64,000 bases of DNA from NCBI GenBank assembly GCA_963667725.2, contig CAXXHO010000005.1, positions 1,024,001 to 1,088,000 on the forward strand, in the 5' to 3' direction. Shown piece after piece: positions 41,146 through 51,226 of the stretch. The first letter of the stretch is position 1. Every line of letters starts with the position of its first letter. Both the position numbers and the translations under genes were made by a program. The notes under the pieces were generated by a model that was not told the origin of the DNA, searched no databases, and saw nothing but the letters and a program-made list of their open reading frames with translations. Source of the DNA: Treponemataceae bacterium (GTDB lineage Bacteria; Spirochaetota; Spirochaetia; Treponematales; Rectinemataceae).

Positions 41146-43200
41146 TCAGCCCTGGTTGATCCATACGCGCATTTCGTTCCTGCCGCGGTTAGCCCAGGCG
41201 TAATAGGGAATCGCCTTTACCTTGATCGGCCTGAAGTCGAAATCGGCTTCCTTGTAGAGTTCGTCGCGCCAGTCGCCGCCGGTGATGCCGCCGCCGCTGC
41301 TTCCACTGCCGCCGCTTCGGAAGGCCTTTCCCTCGATACAGGTGACGCCGCCGAGCAGGTCCGGTTCGTAGCGGGTCTCGAAATCGGGTTCCCTGGCGAG
41401 CGTGATATCGGAGAGAAGGGGGCCGTTGTCCGCTTCTTCGAGGCAGTAGACTTGAGGGCCGCGCGTCAGCGCCACCTTGCCGGCGTCTTCGCGCACGAGC
41501 GGGTTGGCGCGGACGCGGCGCACGGACATGGGCAGGGTGAACTCCACTCGGTCGCCGCGCTTCCACTCGCGATCGATGTGGAGGTAGCCGTCCTCGATGG
41601 CAGTCGGCGCCTCGTGGCTCATAAGCGCCTTGTCGCTCATAAGCGCCTTGTCGCTCATAGGCGCCGCGCCGCTTATAGGCATCGCGACGCTTTCGGCGCC
41701 GCCCGAGGCGAGGCGGACGGTAGGAGAATTCCCGCCGCCGCACCAGCCCGGCACGCGAATCGAAAGAATGAAGCGGACGGGCTTGTCCGGCGAAACGGCG
41801 ATGGACATGCATCCATCGCGCAGATAGTCGCCTTCCATCGTCACGTCGACAGGGACGCCGCCCATCGCGACTTTCGCGCTCGAGGCGATGAAAAGCTGCG
41901 CCGCGAGCCGTCTTTCGTCCGCTGAATAGATATATCCGCCTAAAGAGGCTATGAGACGGGCCAGGTTGGGCGGGCAGCAGGCGCAGGGGAACCAGCCGCG
42001 CCGGGTCGCGCCAGAGTATTCGGCGTCCAGCCTCGCTTCAATTTCCTCCGGCACGGCCTCGAGAAGATTCGTGTAGAAATAACTCTTGCCGTCCAGCGCG
42101 AGGCCGGAGAGAATCCCGTTGTAGAGGGCGCGCTCGGCCACGTCGAAATAGTCGCCCTTCAGTTCGAGCCGGCTCATCCTGGCCGCCCAGAACATGAGCC
42201 CGATGGAAGCGCAGGTTTCGTTGTAGGGAGTGCCGTTCGGCAAGTCGTAATCGCGCGAAAAGCCTTCCCACCATTCCCGCTGGCCGATGCCGCCCGTGAC
42301 GAACATCTGACGCCTCGTCACGTCTTTCCAAAGCGCCCCGCAGGCCTCCGCCAGCCCCTTGTCGCCGGAGAGGGCGGCCACGTCAGCCATACCCGAGTAC
42401 ATGTAGACGGCCCGCACCGCGTGGCCCACCGCCGTCTTCTGTTCGCGCACGGGCATATGCGACTGATTGTACTCGTACATCTTGGGACCGAAAGGACCCA
42501 GGTCGCCGGGCTCCCCCCGAGCGGCCGCCTCCAGCTCGTAGAAATGCGGCTTCCTGCCGCGCTCGTCCAGGAAATATTTCGCCAGGCGAAGATAGCGCTC
42601 CTCACCCGTGACTTCGTACAGCTTCGCGAGCGCCATCTCGATCACCTGATGGCCGGGATAGCCGTGGAGCTGGCCAGGGCCGGGGCCGAACACCGTGTCG
42701 ATATGGTCGGCGTTCCTTCGCATAATATCGAGGAAACGGCGCTTGCCCGTCGCGCGGAAGTAGGCGACGGCGGCTTCGATCAAGTGCCCCGCGATATAAA
42801 GCTCGTGGCTCTCGCGCTCGTTCGTCCAGCGCTCGCCCTTCTTCGCGAGGGTGAAATAAGTGTTGAGGTAGCCGTCGGGCCACTGCGCCTCGCCAATCGT
42901 CTCGATCAGATCGTCGGCCAGGGCTTCCAGCCCCTGGTCTCCCTTCGTCGCCAGACAGTAGGCCACGGCCTCCAGCCACTTCGCGACATCGCTGTCCTGG
43001 AAACGCTTGCCGTAGAACTCGCCCGATTCCCTGCCCGCGGCGATCCGGAAGTTGGCGATAGCGTGGCTTCGGGCCACGCCGGGCACACGGTCGTTCATGA
43101 CCTCCCACTGATAGGGAACGATGACCTCGCGAACCAGCTCGATATACCGATTCCAGAAAGCGTCGGTGACTTTCACCGCTCCGACATCCAAAGGCTTCAT
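41146..43200 (-). CDS. GH127 beta-L-arabinofuranosidase
   Basis: FQDSDVAKWLEA, HELY, GHAVRAVY, NETCASIG, CACCPPN, IPYYAWANRG. Confidence 0.93.
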   Translation of the reverse strand: MKPLDVGAVKVTDAFWNRYIELVREVIVPYQWEVMNDRVPGVARSHAIANFRIAAGRESGEFYGKRFQDSDVAKWLEAVAYCLATKGDQGLEALADDLIETIGEAQWPDGYLNTYFTLAKKGERWTNERESHELYIAGHLIEAAVAYFRATGKRRFLDIMRRNADHIDTVFGPGPGQLHGYPGHQVIEMALAKLYEVTGEERYLRLAKYFLDERGRKPHFYELEAAARGEPGDLGPFGPKMYEYNQSHMPVREQKTAVGHAVRAVYMYSGMADVAALSGDKGLAEACGALWKDVTRRQMFVTGGIGQREWWEGFSRDYDLPNGTPYNETCASIGLMFWAARMSRLELKGDYFDVAERALYNGILSGLALDGKSYFYTNLLEAVPEEIEARLDAEYSGATRRGWFPCACCPPNLARLIASLGGYIYSADERRLAAQLFIASSAKVAMGGVPVDVTMEGDYLRDGCMSIAVSPDKPVRFILSIRVPGWCGGGNSPTVRLASGGAESVAMPISGAAPMSDKALMSDKALMSHEAPTAIEDGYLHIDREWKRGDRVEFTLPMSVRRVRANPLVREDAGKVALTRGPQVYCLEEADNGPLLSDITLAREPDFETRYEPDLLGGVTCIEGKAFRSGGSGSSGGGITGGDWRDELYKEADFDFRPIKVKAIPYYAWANRGRNEMRVWINQG
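41617..41659. repeat. 18-bp in-frame tandem repeat (2.4 copies) in GH127
   Basis: GCTCATAAGCGCCTTGTC x2 plus GCTCATA; encodes MSDKAL-MSDKAL-MSH. Confidence 0.9.
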
Positions 43201-43271
43201 GGGCGACCTCCGAATATTTAATTACTGTAATATTCAGTCTTTACTATCTTTATACGACAGCGAAAATCCGC

Positions 43272-43318
43272 TTGACACCGAATTTCGATGGGGTATTATG
43301 CATCTATTGATATATCAG
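43272..43318 (+). promoter_or_regulatory. Sigma70 promoter plus TGATATATCA operator upstream of the DUF3798 gene
   Basis: TTGACA (43272) - 16 bp - TATTAT (43294); palindrome TGATATATCA at 43308-43317. Confidence 0.65.
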
Positions 43319-43336
43319 ATTTCCCCAGGAGGCACA

Positions 43337-44548
43337 ATGACACGGTTTACAAAAATCGGCGCGATTCTGCTCATCGTCGCGCTCTCGCTCGCCGGCCAGG
43401 CGGTATTCGCCCAGGCCAAGTATCATATCGGCGTATGCACCGAGACTGTCTCTCAGGCCGAGGACGACCTCCGCGGCGCGCAGCAGCTGATCAAGGAATA
43501 TGGCGCGGTCTCCGACGGCGGCATCATCCAGCATATCACCTACCCCGACGATTTCATGTCCCAGCAGGAGACGGTCATTTCCAACCTCGTCGCCCTCGCC
43601 GATGATCCCCTCATGAAAGCCATCGTCACCTGCAACGCCCTACCCGGCGTCTCCGAAGCCTACAAGCGCATCAGGGCGAAACGCCCGGACATTCTCCTTC
43701 TCGCCGCCCTGCCCGCCGAGGATCCCCTCGTCATCCAGCAGGCCGCCGACGTGGCCGTCGACCTCGACTTCGTGTCCCGCGGCTACACCATCGTCTGGGG
43801 CGCCAAGCAGATGGGCGCGAAAACCTTCGTGCACATTTCCTTCTCCCGCCACATGTCCTACGAGTCCCTGGGCCGCCGCAGGGCCATCATGGAACAAGCC
43901 TGCAAGGACCTTGGCATAAAGTACGCCTTCGAAACCGCCCCCGACCCGACCTCCGACGTCGGCATCCCCGGCGCCCAGCAGTTCATCCTCGAGAAAGTAC
44001 CCCAGTGGCTCCAGAAGTACGGTCCCAACGGCGAGAAAGTGGCCATGTTCTGCACCAACGACGCCCAGACCGAGCCTCTCATCAGGCAGCTCATCGCGTC
44101 CAAGAACGGCATCTTCGTCGAGCCCGACACCGCCTCTCCCCTCATGGGATTCCCCGGCGCCCTCGGCCTGGACCTGACAGCCGAGAAGGGCGATTTCCCC
44201 GCCATCATGAAGAAGATCGAGAAAGCCGTCGCCGACAAGGGCGCTTCCGGAAGAATGGGCACCTGGGCATACAGCACCGGTTTCTCCCTGACCGCCGGTA
44301 TGGGCGAGCACGCCAAACGCGTTCTCGACGGGAAGTCCAAGATCACCAGCATGAAGGACATCTACGACGCTATCGGAAAGTACACGCCCGGAGCCAAATG
44401 GAGCGGCGCTTTCTACACCGACATGAGCACCGGCGTCAGGGCCAAGAACGAGCTTCTCGTCTACATGGACACCTATGTGTTCGGCAAAGGCTATCTTGGT
44501 TCCACGGCGCAGAAGATCGCCGATAAATACTATCGAATAAAGAAATAG
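43337..44548 (+). CDS. DUF3798-family periplasmic substrate-binding protein
   Basis: GGAGG RBS; signal peptide; TVSQAEDDLRGA, FVHISFSRHMSYE, APDPTSDVGIPGAQQF, FCTNDA. Confidence 0.85.
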   Translation: MTRFTKIGAILLIVALSLAGQAVFAQAKYHIGVCTETVSQAEDDLRGAQQLIKEYGAVSDGGIIQHITYPDDFMSQQETVISNLVALADDPLMKAIVTCNALPGVSEAYKRIRAKRPDILLLAALPAEDPLVIQQAADVAVDLDFVSRGYTIVWGAKQMGAKTFVHISFSRHMSYESLGRRRAIMEQACKDLGIKYAFETAPDPTSDVGIPGAQQFILEKVPQWLQKYGPNGEKVAMFCTNDAQTEPLIRQLIASKNGIFVEPDTASPLMGFPGALGLDLTAEKGDFPAIMKKIEKAVADKGASGRMGTWAYSTGFSLTAGMGEHAKRVLDGKSKITSMKDIYDAIGKYTPGAKWSGAFYTDMSTGVRAKNELLVYMDTYVFGKGYLGSTAQKIADKYYRIKK

Positions 44549-44586
44549 TCGCCGTCGCGATTGCTGGCCGATTTTCACGGCCATCC

Positions 44587-44665
44587 GGCCGCGATCCCGC
44601 GCGGATCCCGGGCTCCTTCCGGAGCTTCGGCTTCCGGCGGGATCGCGGCCGTTTCCTTTTCTCTT
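44587..44665 (+). terminator. Long stem-loop after the DUF3798 gene
   Basis: GGCCGCGATCCCGC (44587-44600) and GCGGGATCGCGGCC (44637-44650) form a perfect 14-bp stem, followed by a pyrimidine-rich tail. Confidence 0.65.
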
Positions 44666-44734
44666 GCTTCGCTTCGGTTTTGCCGGCATCATTGCATCCG
44701 GTACCGAAGGACATTAACCTTGAGGAAGTCTAGT

Positions 44735-46258
44735 ATGGATAAAAACCATGGACAGAAACAGTCGCTAGAGGGCGCCGGAGAAGGCGCGGGTCTGGGTACT
44801 GGCGCGGGCGCCGACGCTTCCGGGATGTTCGACGCGAGCGTTTACATCGACAGGCGGGAGGCCTTGCGGACTTCGCTTCTCTCGCGGGGCGTTTCAGAGG
44901 GCATTGTTCTCTTCCTGGGCAACCGCGAAAGCCCCATGAACTACACCGACAACGCCTATCCTTTCCGCCAGGATTCCAGCTTCCTCTACTTTTTCGGCAT
45001 AGCCCAGCCCAATCTCGCGGCGACCATCGACATCCAGACCGGCCGATCGACCCTTTTCGGCGACGATGTTTCCATGGAGGACATCGTATGGACGGGACAG
45101 GTGCCAGCGATAGCGGAACTGGCCGCGCGCTCCGGCGTGCGGAATGTCGCTCCGCGGGCGGCGCTGGCAGGAGCCGCGGCTCGCGCGGGCTCCGGAGCCG
45201 CTCCGCGATCCGGCTCCAGCCAAGGTCCCGAAGCCGCGAAGCTTCTCTTCCTTCCGCCTTACCGCGCCGACAGCCGCGCCGAACTCGCCGAGCTTCTCGG
45301 CATTTCCCTCCGCGAAGTGGATTCCAGGGCATCGCTGCCGCTCATCGTGAGCGCCATTGCCCTGCGCGAGATAAAACAGGCTCCCGAGATCGTCGAGATC
45401 GAACACGCCGTTGCGGTATCGGTGGAAATGCACCGCAGCATCATCGAATGCGCCAAACCGGGCCTGCGCGAGGCGGAATTAGCCGCCCTGGCTTCGGGCA
45501 TCGCCCTCGGAAGCGGAGGCAGGCTGGCCTTTCCCACCATCGCGACGACGCGGGGAGCCGTGTTGCACAATCACGATTATTCGCGCGTCCTCCGTGAGGG
45601 AGGGCTTTTTCTCGTGGACGCCGGCGCCGAGACCGTCTCGGGATACTCAGGCGACTTGAGCTCGACCTTCCCGATCTCGCCGCGTTTTTCGGAGAGGCAG
45701 CGCGCGATCTATGAAATCGTCCTCGCCGCGCAGAAAAAGGCCATTTCCCTCCTGAAGCCTGGGAGACCTTTTATCGACGCGCATTTCGCGGCGGCGCGCG
45801 TCATCGTCGAGGGCCTGAGCGGTCTCGGCCTGATGCGAGGGGATCCCGACGAGGCCGTCCGGCAGGGCGCGCACGCGATGTTCTTCCCCTGCGGCGTAGG
45901 CCACCAGATGGGTCTCGACGTCCACGACATGGAAAATTACGGCGAAGTATGGGTCGGCTACGATGGCGCGCCCAAGAGCAGACAGTTCGGCCTCGCTTCC
46001 CTGCGGCTCGCGAAACCTCTTCGCGCCGGCATGGTGCACACGGTCGAGCCTGGAATTTATTTTATTCCAGAGCTGATTGCCCGATGGAAGGCCGAAAGGA
46101 AACTCGAGAGTTTCATCGCCTACGATCGCCTGGACGAATGGCTCGATTTCGGCGGCATGCGCAACGAAGAGGACTGGCTCATCACCGAAGGCGGGGCGAG
46201 GCGATTAGGCCCCGAATTCGACAAAAGCGCTGAGGGAATAGAAGCGAGTCGCGGCTAA
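44735..46258 (+). CDS. pepP: Xaa-Pro aminopeptidase (aminopeptidase P)
   Basis: YPFRQDSSFLYFFG; LHN; VDAG, SGDLS, GHQMGLDVHD, TVEPGIYF, RNEED metal-site motifs. Confidence 0.9.
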   Translation: MDKNHGQKQSLEGAGEGAGLGTGAGADASGMFDASVYIDRREALRTSLLSRGVSEGIVLFLGNRESPMNYTDNAYPFRQDSSFLYFFGIAQPNLAATIDIQTGRSTLFGDDVSMEDIVWTGQVPAIAELAARSGVRNVAPRAALAGAAARAGSGAAPRSGSSQGPEAAKLLFLPPYRADSRAELAELLGISLREVDSRASLPLIVSAIALREIKQAPEIVEIEHAVAVSVEMHRSIIECAKPGLREAELAALASGIALGSGGRLAFPTIATTRGAVLHNHDYSRVLREGGLFLVDAGAETVSGYSGDLSSTFPISPRFSERQRAIYEIVLAAQKKAISLLKPGRPFIDAHFAAARVIVEGLSGLGLMRGDPDEAVRQGAHAMFFPCGVGHQMGLDVHDMENYGEVWVGYDGAPKSRQFGLASLRLAKPLRAGMVHTVEPGIYFIPELIARWKAERKLESFIAYDRLDEWLDFGGMRNEEDWLITEGGARRLGPEFDKSAEGIEASRG

Positions 46259-46338
46259 GGTAGACTATACTTGTTCGATGGAGAGGCGACGACCTCTTGT
46301 CAAGCGCAAAATTATGGTCTAGAGTGACAAAAAGTATT

Positions 46339-46350
46339 CTGATATATCAG
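46339..46350. promoter_or_regulatory. Palindromic operator upstream of gntR-activase-hypD
   Basis: CTGATATATCAG perfect 12-bp palindrome; same core as the site at 43308. Confidence 0.65.
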
Positions 46351-46364
46351 TTAGGGAGCGGAGG

Positions 46365-47057
46365 ATGAAAACATCCAATCAGCCGCGATACATGTCGCTT
46401 CGCGGCCAGGTTTACGACTATCTTCACGACGAACTCATGAAAGGCACGCTGAAGGCCAGTCAACGAGTCAATCTGGACGCTTTGGCCGAGAGTATCGGCG
46501 TGAGCCGAACCCCTCTGCGCGAAGCCTTGATCATCCTGGACGCCGAAGGCTTCGTCACGATTCTTCCGCGCAGCGGAATCCTCATCAACACCCTCACGCT
46601 CGAGGATATACGGAATCTCTATGAGATTATCGGCGCCCTCGAAGGCGCCGTGCTTTTCGCGGCCAAGGGCGCCATGAAGGCCCCAGCCATCGACCGCATG
46701 GCCATACTCAACGGCGACATGTCGCTCGCCCTCGATACCGAAGACTTCGACGGCTTTTATCACCTCAACCTCGAGTTTCATGGGGTATTCCTGTCGTTTT
46801 CCAAGAATCCCGCGCTTTTGCGCAACATCGATCTCGCCAAGCGGCGTCTCTACGATTTTCCGAAGAAGAAGGGTCTCCTGACCGAATGGGAGAGGGCTTC
46901 AATCCAGGAACACGCCCAGATCGTGGACTTTCTGAAAATGGGGGACTTTCGCGCCGCGGCTGAGTATGTCCGCGACATACATTGGTCCTTCGAGGTCCAG
47001 GAGCATTTCATCCAACGATACTACGAGTTCCCCGGCCAGCTGCCTCGAGCCCAGTAA
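46365..47057 (+). CDS. GntR-family regulator with FCD domain
   Basis: LRGQVYDYL, IGVSRTPLREAL, LNLEFH, EHAQIV. Confidence 0.92.
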   Translation: MKTSNQPRYMSLRGQVYDYLHDELMKGTLKASQRVNLDALAESIGVSRTPLREALIILDAEGFVTILPRSGILINTLTLEDIRNLYEIIGALEGAVLFAAKGAMKAPAIDRMAILNGDMSLALDTEDFDGFYHLNLEFHGVFLSFSKNPALLRNIDLAKRRLYDFPKKKGLLTEWERASIQEHAQIVDFLKMGDFRAAAEYVRDIHWSFEVQEHFIQRYYEFPGQLPRAQ

Positions 47058-47067
47058 GGGAGCGCAT

Positions 47068-48048
47068 GTGGAAATCCAGGGAACAGTCTTCAATGTCGCC
47101 CGCTTCTCTCTCCACGACGGGCCGGGCATTCGCACGGTCGTATTCCTGAAAGGCTGCCCCCTCTCCTGCGCCTGGTGCCACAATCCCGAGGGGATGAGCG
47201 CGAGACCCGAGGTTTTCTTTCGCCCCGACAAATGCGTGGCCTGCGGACGCTGCGCGGCGGTTTGCCCGAGACTGGCGGGAATTGCGGCCGCGGCACCTGC
47301 CGCGACTGCTGCCGCTGCCAAGACGGCCCCCTTCCCGAATGAAGCCTGCCCTCCAGGCTGCCAGGTCTGCGCCGGCGCCTGCCTCGTGGGCGCGCGGGAA
47401 GCGGTGGGAACCAGCTGGGATTTGCCGAAGCTGCTGGACCTCGTCCTGGCCGACCGCGCCTTCTACGAATCCTCCGGCGGCGGCGTGACGCTTTCGGGCG
47501 GTGATCCCCTGGCTCAGGCCCGCTTCGCCACGGCCTTTCTGGAAACCTGCGGCCGGGCCGGCCTGCACCGCGCCGTCGAAACCTCGGGTTTCGCCCCTGA
47601 GCGGGTTTTTCTCGACCTGGCAGCGCAGACGGATCTGCTGCTATTCGACATAAAACTGATGGATCCAGCCGCGCACAAGGCATGGACCGGCGTCGACAAC
47701 GCCCTGATATTTAACAACCTGAGGGCCGCCACCCAGGTGGCCGCCGCCAAGGCCGCCCGGTTGACCGCGAGCGCGGCGGGGCGCACTGGCGAAGCCATCC
47801 GCATTCGCCGGCCCATGATCCCCGGCGTCAACAACGGCGAGGATGAGACGCGAGCCCTGGCCGCTCTCGCCCTCGAACTCAGGGTAGGCGTCGACCTCCT
47901 TCCCTATCACGCCGACGCCGAAGATAAATACCTGAAAAGGCGAAAACCGTATCGGCTCGCGGGAATGGCGGCGCCCGAAGCCTCGAGCGTCGCGGAATGC
48001 GAGAAACTATTGTCCGACCTGGGCGTCCAGGTTCGGATTGGAGGATGA
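47068..48048 (+). CDS. Glycyl-radical enzyme activating enzyme (radical SAM with ferredoxin-like insert)
   Basis: HDGPGIRTVVFLKGCPLSCAWCHNPE; CVACGRC and CQVCAGAC; GGGVTLSGG; LLPYH. Confidence 0.95.
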   Translation: MEIQGTVFNVARFSLHDGPGIRTVVFLKGCPLSCAWCHNPEGMSARPEVFFRPDKCVACGRCAAVCPRLAGIAAAAPAATAAAAKTAPFPNEACPPGCQVCAGACLVGAREAVGTSWDLPKLLDLVLADRAFYESSGGGVTLSGGDPLAQARFATAFLETCGRAGLHRAVETSGFAPERVFLDLAAQTDLLLFDIKLMDPAAHKAWTGVDNALIFNNLRAATQVAAAKAARLTASAAGRTGEAIRIRRPMIPGVNNGEDETRALAALALELRVGVDLLPYHADAEDKYLKRRKPYRLAGMAAPEASSVAECEKLLSDLGVQVRIGG

Positions 48049-48049
48049 G

Positions 48050-50455
48050 ATGAACGAAAGGATAACGCGGCTGAGGAAGCGAAGCTTCGATGCGAAACCC
48101 CGGATTTCCATCGAAAGAGCACTGATCCTCACCGCCTTCTATAAGGAAAACTCAGGCAAGTTCTCGGCTCCCGTGCTGCGCGCCATGGCTTTCCGCGAAC
48201 TCTGCGAAAAGAAAACCATCCATATCGGCGCCGACGAACTCATCGTGGGCGAGCGCGGTCCAGAGCCCAAAGCCGTATCGACCTTTCCTGAACTCACCTG
48301 CCACTCCAGCGAGGACCTGCGGATCCTCAATTCCCGGCCGATGACGAGTTATTCGATAGGGGAGGCCGAGATCGAAACCTACACCCGCGAGGTGGAGCCC
48401 TACTGGCGGGGCCGCTGCGTGCGCGACCGCGCCTTCGCCGACATGCCCGCCGAATGGAGCGGGCTCTACGAGGCCGGCGTATTCACCGAGTTCATGGAGC
48501 AGCGGGCTGCGGGTCACACCGCCCTGGACGGCGCCATCTACCGCAAGGGGCTCGACGAGTATCGCGCCGAGATTGCCGAGGCGCGGGCTGCCATCGACTG
48601 GGAGGGCGATCCGGAAGCCTATGACAAGAACGAGGAACTCACCGCCATGGACATCGCCTGCGAAGCGGCGATCATCTTCGCGCGCAGGCACGCAAGGCTC
48701 GCCGAATCCATGGCCGCGGCCGAAGCCGATCCCGCCCGCCGCGACGAGCTCCTCGCCATCGCGGCCATCTGCGACAGGATACCGGCCAGGGCGCCCGAAA
48801 CCTTCCATGAAGCGGTGCAGACCTACTGGTTCGCCCACCTCGGCACCATCACCGAACTCAACGGCTGGGACTCGATGAGCCCCGGCCACTTCGACCGCCA
48901 CCTCGAGCCATTCTACCGGCGCGACCTGGCCGCCGGCAGGATCGACGCCGAAAAGGCGAAGGAAATTCTCGCCTGCTTCTGCGTAAAGGTGAACAATACG
49001 CCAGCCCCGCCCAAGGTAGGCGTGACGGCGGCCGAGAGCGGCACCTACAACGACTTCACCCAGATAAGCCTGGGCGGGGTGGACCGCGACGGCGAGGACG
49101 CCTCAGGCGCCGTGTCGGCGCTGCTCCTCCAGAGCCTCGACGAGCTTCATCTCCTCCAGCCCCAGCCCTCCGTCCACGTGTCAGCGAAGACGGCCCAGCC
49201 CTTCCTCAAGCTCGCCGCCGAGGTGGCGCGAAAGGGGGCCGGCTACCCCAGCTTCTTCAATGCCGACCTCATCGTCCGCGAACAGCTGCGCGCCGGAAAG
49301 TCCCTCGAGGACGCCCGGGAGGGCGGCACCTCGGGCTGTGTCGAGACGGGCTGTTTCGGCAAGGAAGCCTACATCCTCCACGGCTATCTCAACGTGCCCA
49401 AGATCCTCGAACTGGCCATGAACGACGGCATAGATCCCTTGAGCGGAAAACGCGTCGGACCAGCCACCGGCCGCGCCGAATCCTTCCGCGATTTCGAGGC
49501 CCTCTACGCCGCCTTCGAGACCCAGCTGCGCTACGCGGTAGATTGGAAGATCCGCGTGGACAACAAACTCGCCCGGATCTACGCCGAGAACGTGCCCGCG
49601 CCCTATCTCTCCGTCCTCATCGCCGACTGCGTCAGGAACGGTCGCGACTACTACAATGGCGGCGCCCGCTACAACACTGACTACATCCAGTGCTGCGGCA
49701 TCGGAACGGTCACGGACAGCCTCTCGGCGATCAGGACCATGGTGTATCGTGATCCCTCGCACCGCGAGGATGCGCCTTTGTCAGGCGCGCCTAGCAAAGG
49801 CCGCGTCTCCATGAAGGAGCTGATGGCAGCGCTCGCTGCCGACTGGCAGGGCTTCGAAGCCCTTCGCGAAACGATATGGAACAGCGTTCCTTTTTATGGA
49901 AACGACGACGACAGGGCTGACGATCTGATGCGGCGCGTATTCGCCTCGGAGCTGGCGGCGATCGAGGGGAAGTCGAGCACGCGCGGTCCCACCTACCGCG
50001 TGAACATGCTCTCCACGACCTGCCACATCTATTTCGGAACCAAGCTGGGAGCCACGCCCAACGGCCGCCGCGCGCATACGCCTGAATCCGACGGGTCTTC
50101 CCCCTCCCAGGGGGCGGACAGGAAAGGTCCCACGGCGGTGATGAAATCGGTGGCCAAGATGGATCAGGTGCGGACGAGCGGAACCCTACTGAACCAGCGT
50201 TTCCTGCCTTCGACGCTTGCCGGCGATCGCGGCGTCGACGCCCTCGCCGGCCTCGTGCGGGGCTATTTCGCCCTCGACGGCCACCACGTGCAGTTCAACG
50301 TCGTCGACACGGCCACGCTTCGCAAAGCCCAGGCCAATCCAGGCGAGTACCGCAACCTACTCGTGCGCGTAGCCGGCTACAGCGACTATTTCGTCGACCT
50401 CGACCTGCGTCACCAGGAGGAGATCATCGCGCGCACGGCGCAGGAAGGGATCTGA
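48050..50455 (+). CDS. hypD: trans-4-hydroxy-L-proline dehydratase (glycyl radical enzyme)
   Basis: FTEFMEQRAAGH, PAPPKVG, ESGTYNDF, GTSGCVETGCFGKEAY, TTCHIYFG and RVAGYSDYF match HypD as I recall it. Confidence 0.9.
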   Translation: MNERITRLRKRSFDAKPRISIERALILTAFYKENSGKFSAPVLRAMAFRELCEKKTIHIGADELIVGERGPEPKAVSTFPELTCHSSEDLRILNSRPMTSYSIGEAEIETYTREVEPYWRGRCVRDRAFADMPAEWSGLYEAGVFTEFMEQRAAGHTALDGAIYRKGLDEYRAEIAEARAAIDWEGDPEAYDKNEELTAMDIACEAAIIFARRHARLAESMAAAEADPARRDELLAIAAICDRIPARAPETFHEAVQTYWFAHLGTITELNGWDSMSPGHFDRHLEPFYRRDLAAGRIDAEKAKEILACFCVKVNNTPAPPKVGVTAAESGTYNDFTQISLGGVDRDGEDASGAVSALLLQSLDELHLLQPQPSVHVSAKTAQPFLKLAAEVARKGAGYPSFFNADLIVREQLRAGKSLEDAREGGTSGCVETGCFGKEAYILHGYLNVPKILELAMNDGIDPLSGKRVGPATGRAESFRDFEALYAAFETQLRYAVDWKIRVDNKLARIYAENVPAPYLSVLIADCVRNGRDYYNGGARYNTDYIQCCGIGTVTDSLSAIRTMVYRDPSHREDAPLSGAPSKGRVSMKELMAALAADWQGFEALRETIWNSVPFYGNDDDRADDLMRRVFASELAAIEGKSSTRGPTYRVNMLSTTCHIYFGTKLGATPNGRRAHTPESDGSSPSQGADRKGPTAVMKSVAKMDQVRTSGTLLNQRFLPSTLAGDRGVDALAGLVRGYFALDGHHVQFNVVDTATLRKAQANPGEYRNLLVRVAGYSDYFVDLDLRHQEEIIARTAQEGI

Positions 50456-50482
50456 GCCCCGCTGTCGGGAAGCCCCCGAGCC

Positions 50483-51193
50483 TCAGCGTTTTTGGCCGTA
50501 GTAGGCGCCGGCGCCGTGTTTGCGCCGCCAGTGCTTTTCAATGATGTAGTCGGGCAGTTCTCCCTGCGCGGGGTTGATGAGGCGCGTGTAGAGCGCCATC
50601 CTGCAGAGCTCCTCGAGGATGACCGCGTTGTGGAGCGCCTTGTCGGCCGAATCCCCCCAGGTGAAAGGACCATGTCCCGCCACGAGAATCATCGCCGTTT
50701 CCGCGGGATCTAGCCTAAGTTCGGCCATCGTCGCCACGATCAGCTTCCCGGTTTCCAGCTCATAATCGCCTCGCACCGCTTGCCTGGAAAGATAGGCCGT
50801 GCAGGGAATCCGCGACGTCGTCTGGTCGGCGTGGGTCGTTCCAAACAGGGGTAGGGGCGAGCAGGCCTGAGCCCAGCCGGTGGCGAAGGGGGAATGCGTG
50901 TGCGTGACGCCTTTCAGCGCGGGCCAGGCGCGATAGAGGGCCGCGTGCGTCGCTGTGTCCGACGAAGGACGCATGGCCCCTTCCACTACCTTGCCCTCAA
51001 AATCGACGATCACCATCGACGCCGCGCTGAGCGCCTCGTAGGCGACGCCCGAAGGTTTTATGGCGAAGACGCCCGCGTCGGGATCGGCCGCCGAAGCGTT
51101 GCCCCAGGTCAGGATGGCGAGACCGCGTTCCGAAATCCCCATGTTGGCTTCAAAGGCTTCCTCGGCGAGGCTGGCGTATTTCAATTTTGGCAT
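50483..51193 (-). CDS. araD: L-ribulose-5-phosphate 4-epimerase
   Basis: TWGNAS, IKPSGV, RPSSDTATH, HTHS, GTTHAD, HGPFTWG, KHG..AYYGQ. Confidence 0.93.
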   Translation of the reverse strand: MPKLKYASLAEEAFEANMGISERGLAILTWGNASAADPDAGVFAIKPSGVAYEALSAASMVIVDFEGKVVEGAMRPSSDTATHAALYRAWPALKGVTHTHSPFATGWAQACSPLPLFGTTHADQTTSRIPCTAYLSRQAVRGDYELETGKLIVATMAELRLDPAETAMILVAGHGPFTWGDSADKALHNAVILEELCRMALYTRLINPAQGELPDYIIEKHWRRKHGAGAYYGQKR

Positions 51194-51226
51194 GGCATTC
51201 CTTCGTTTTAAAGCAAAATTTGACGC

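Noticed and set aside
48050..50455. Pyruvate formate-lyase or choline TMA-lyase
   Set aside because: Single-Cys SGCVE loop rather than the PFL Cys-Cys pair; overall motifs match HypD; no microcompartment genes.
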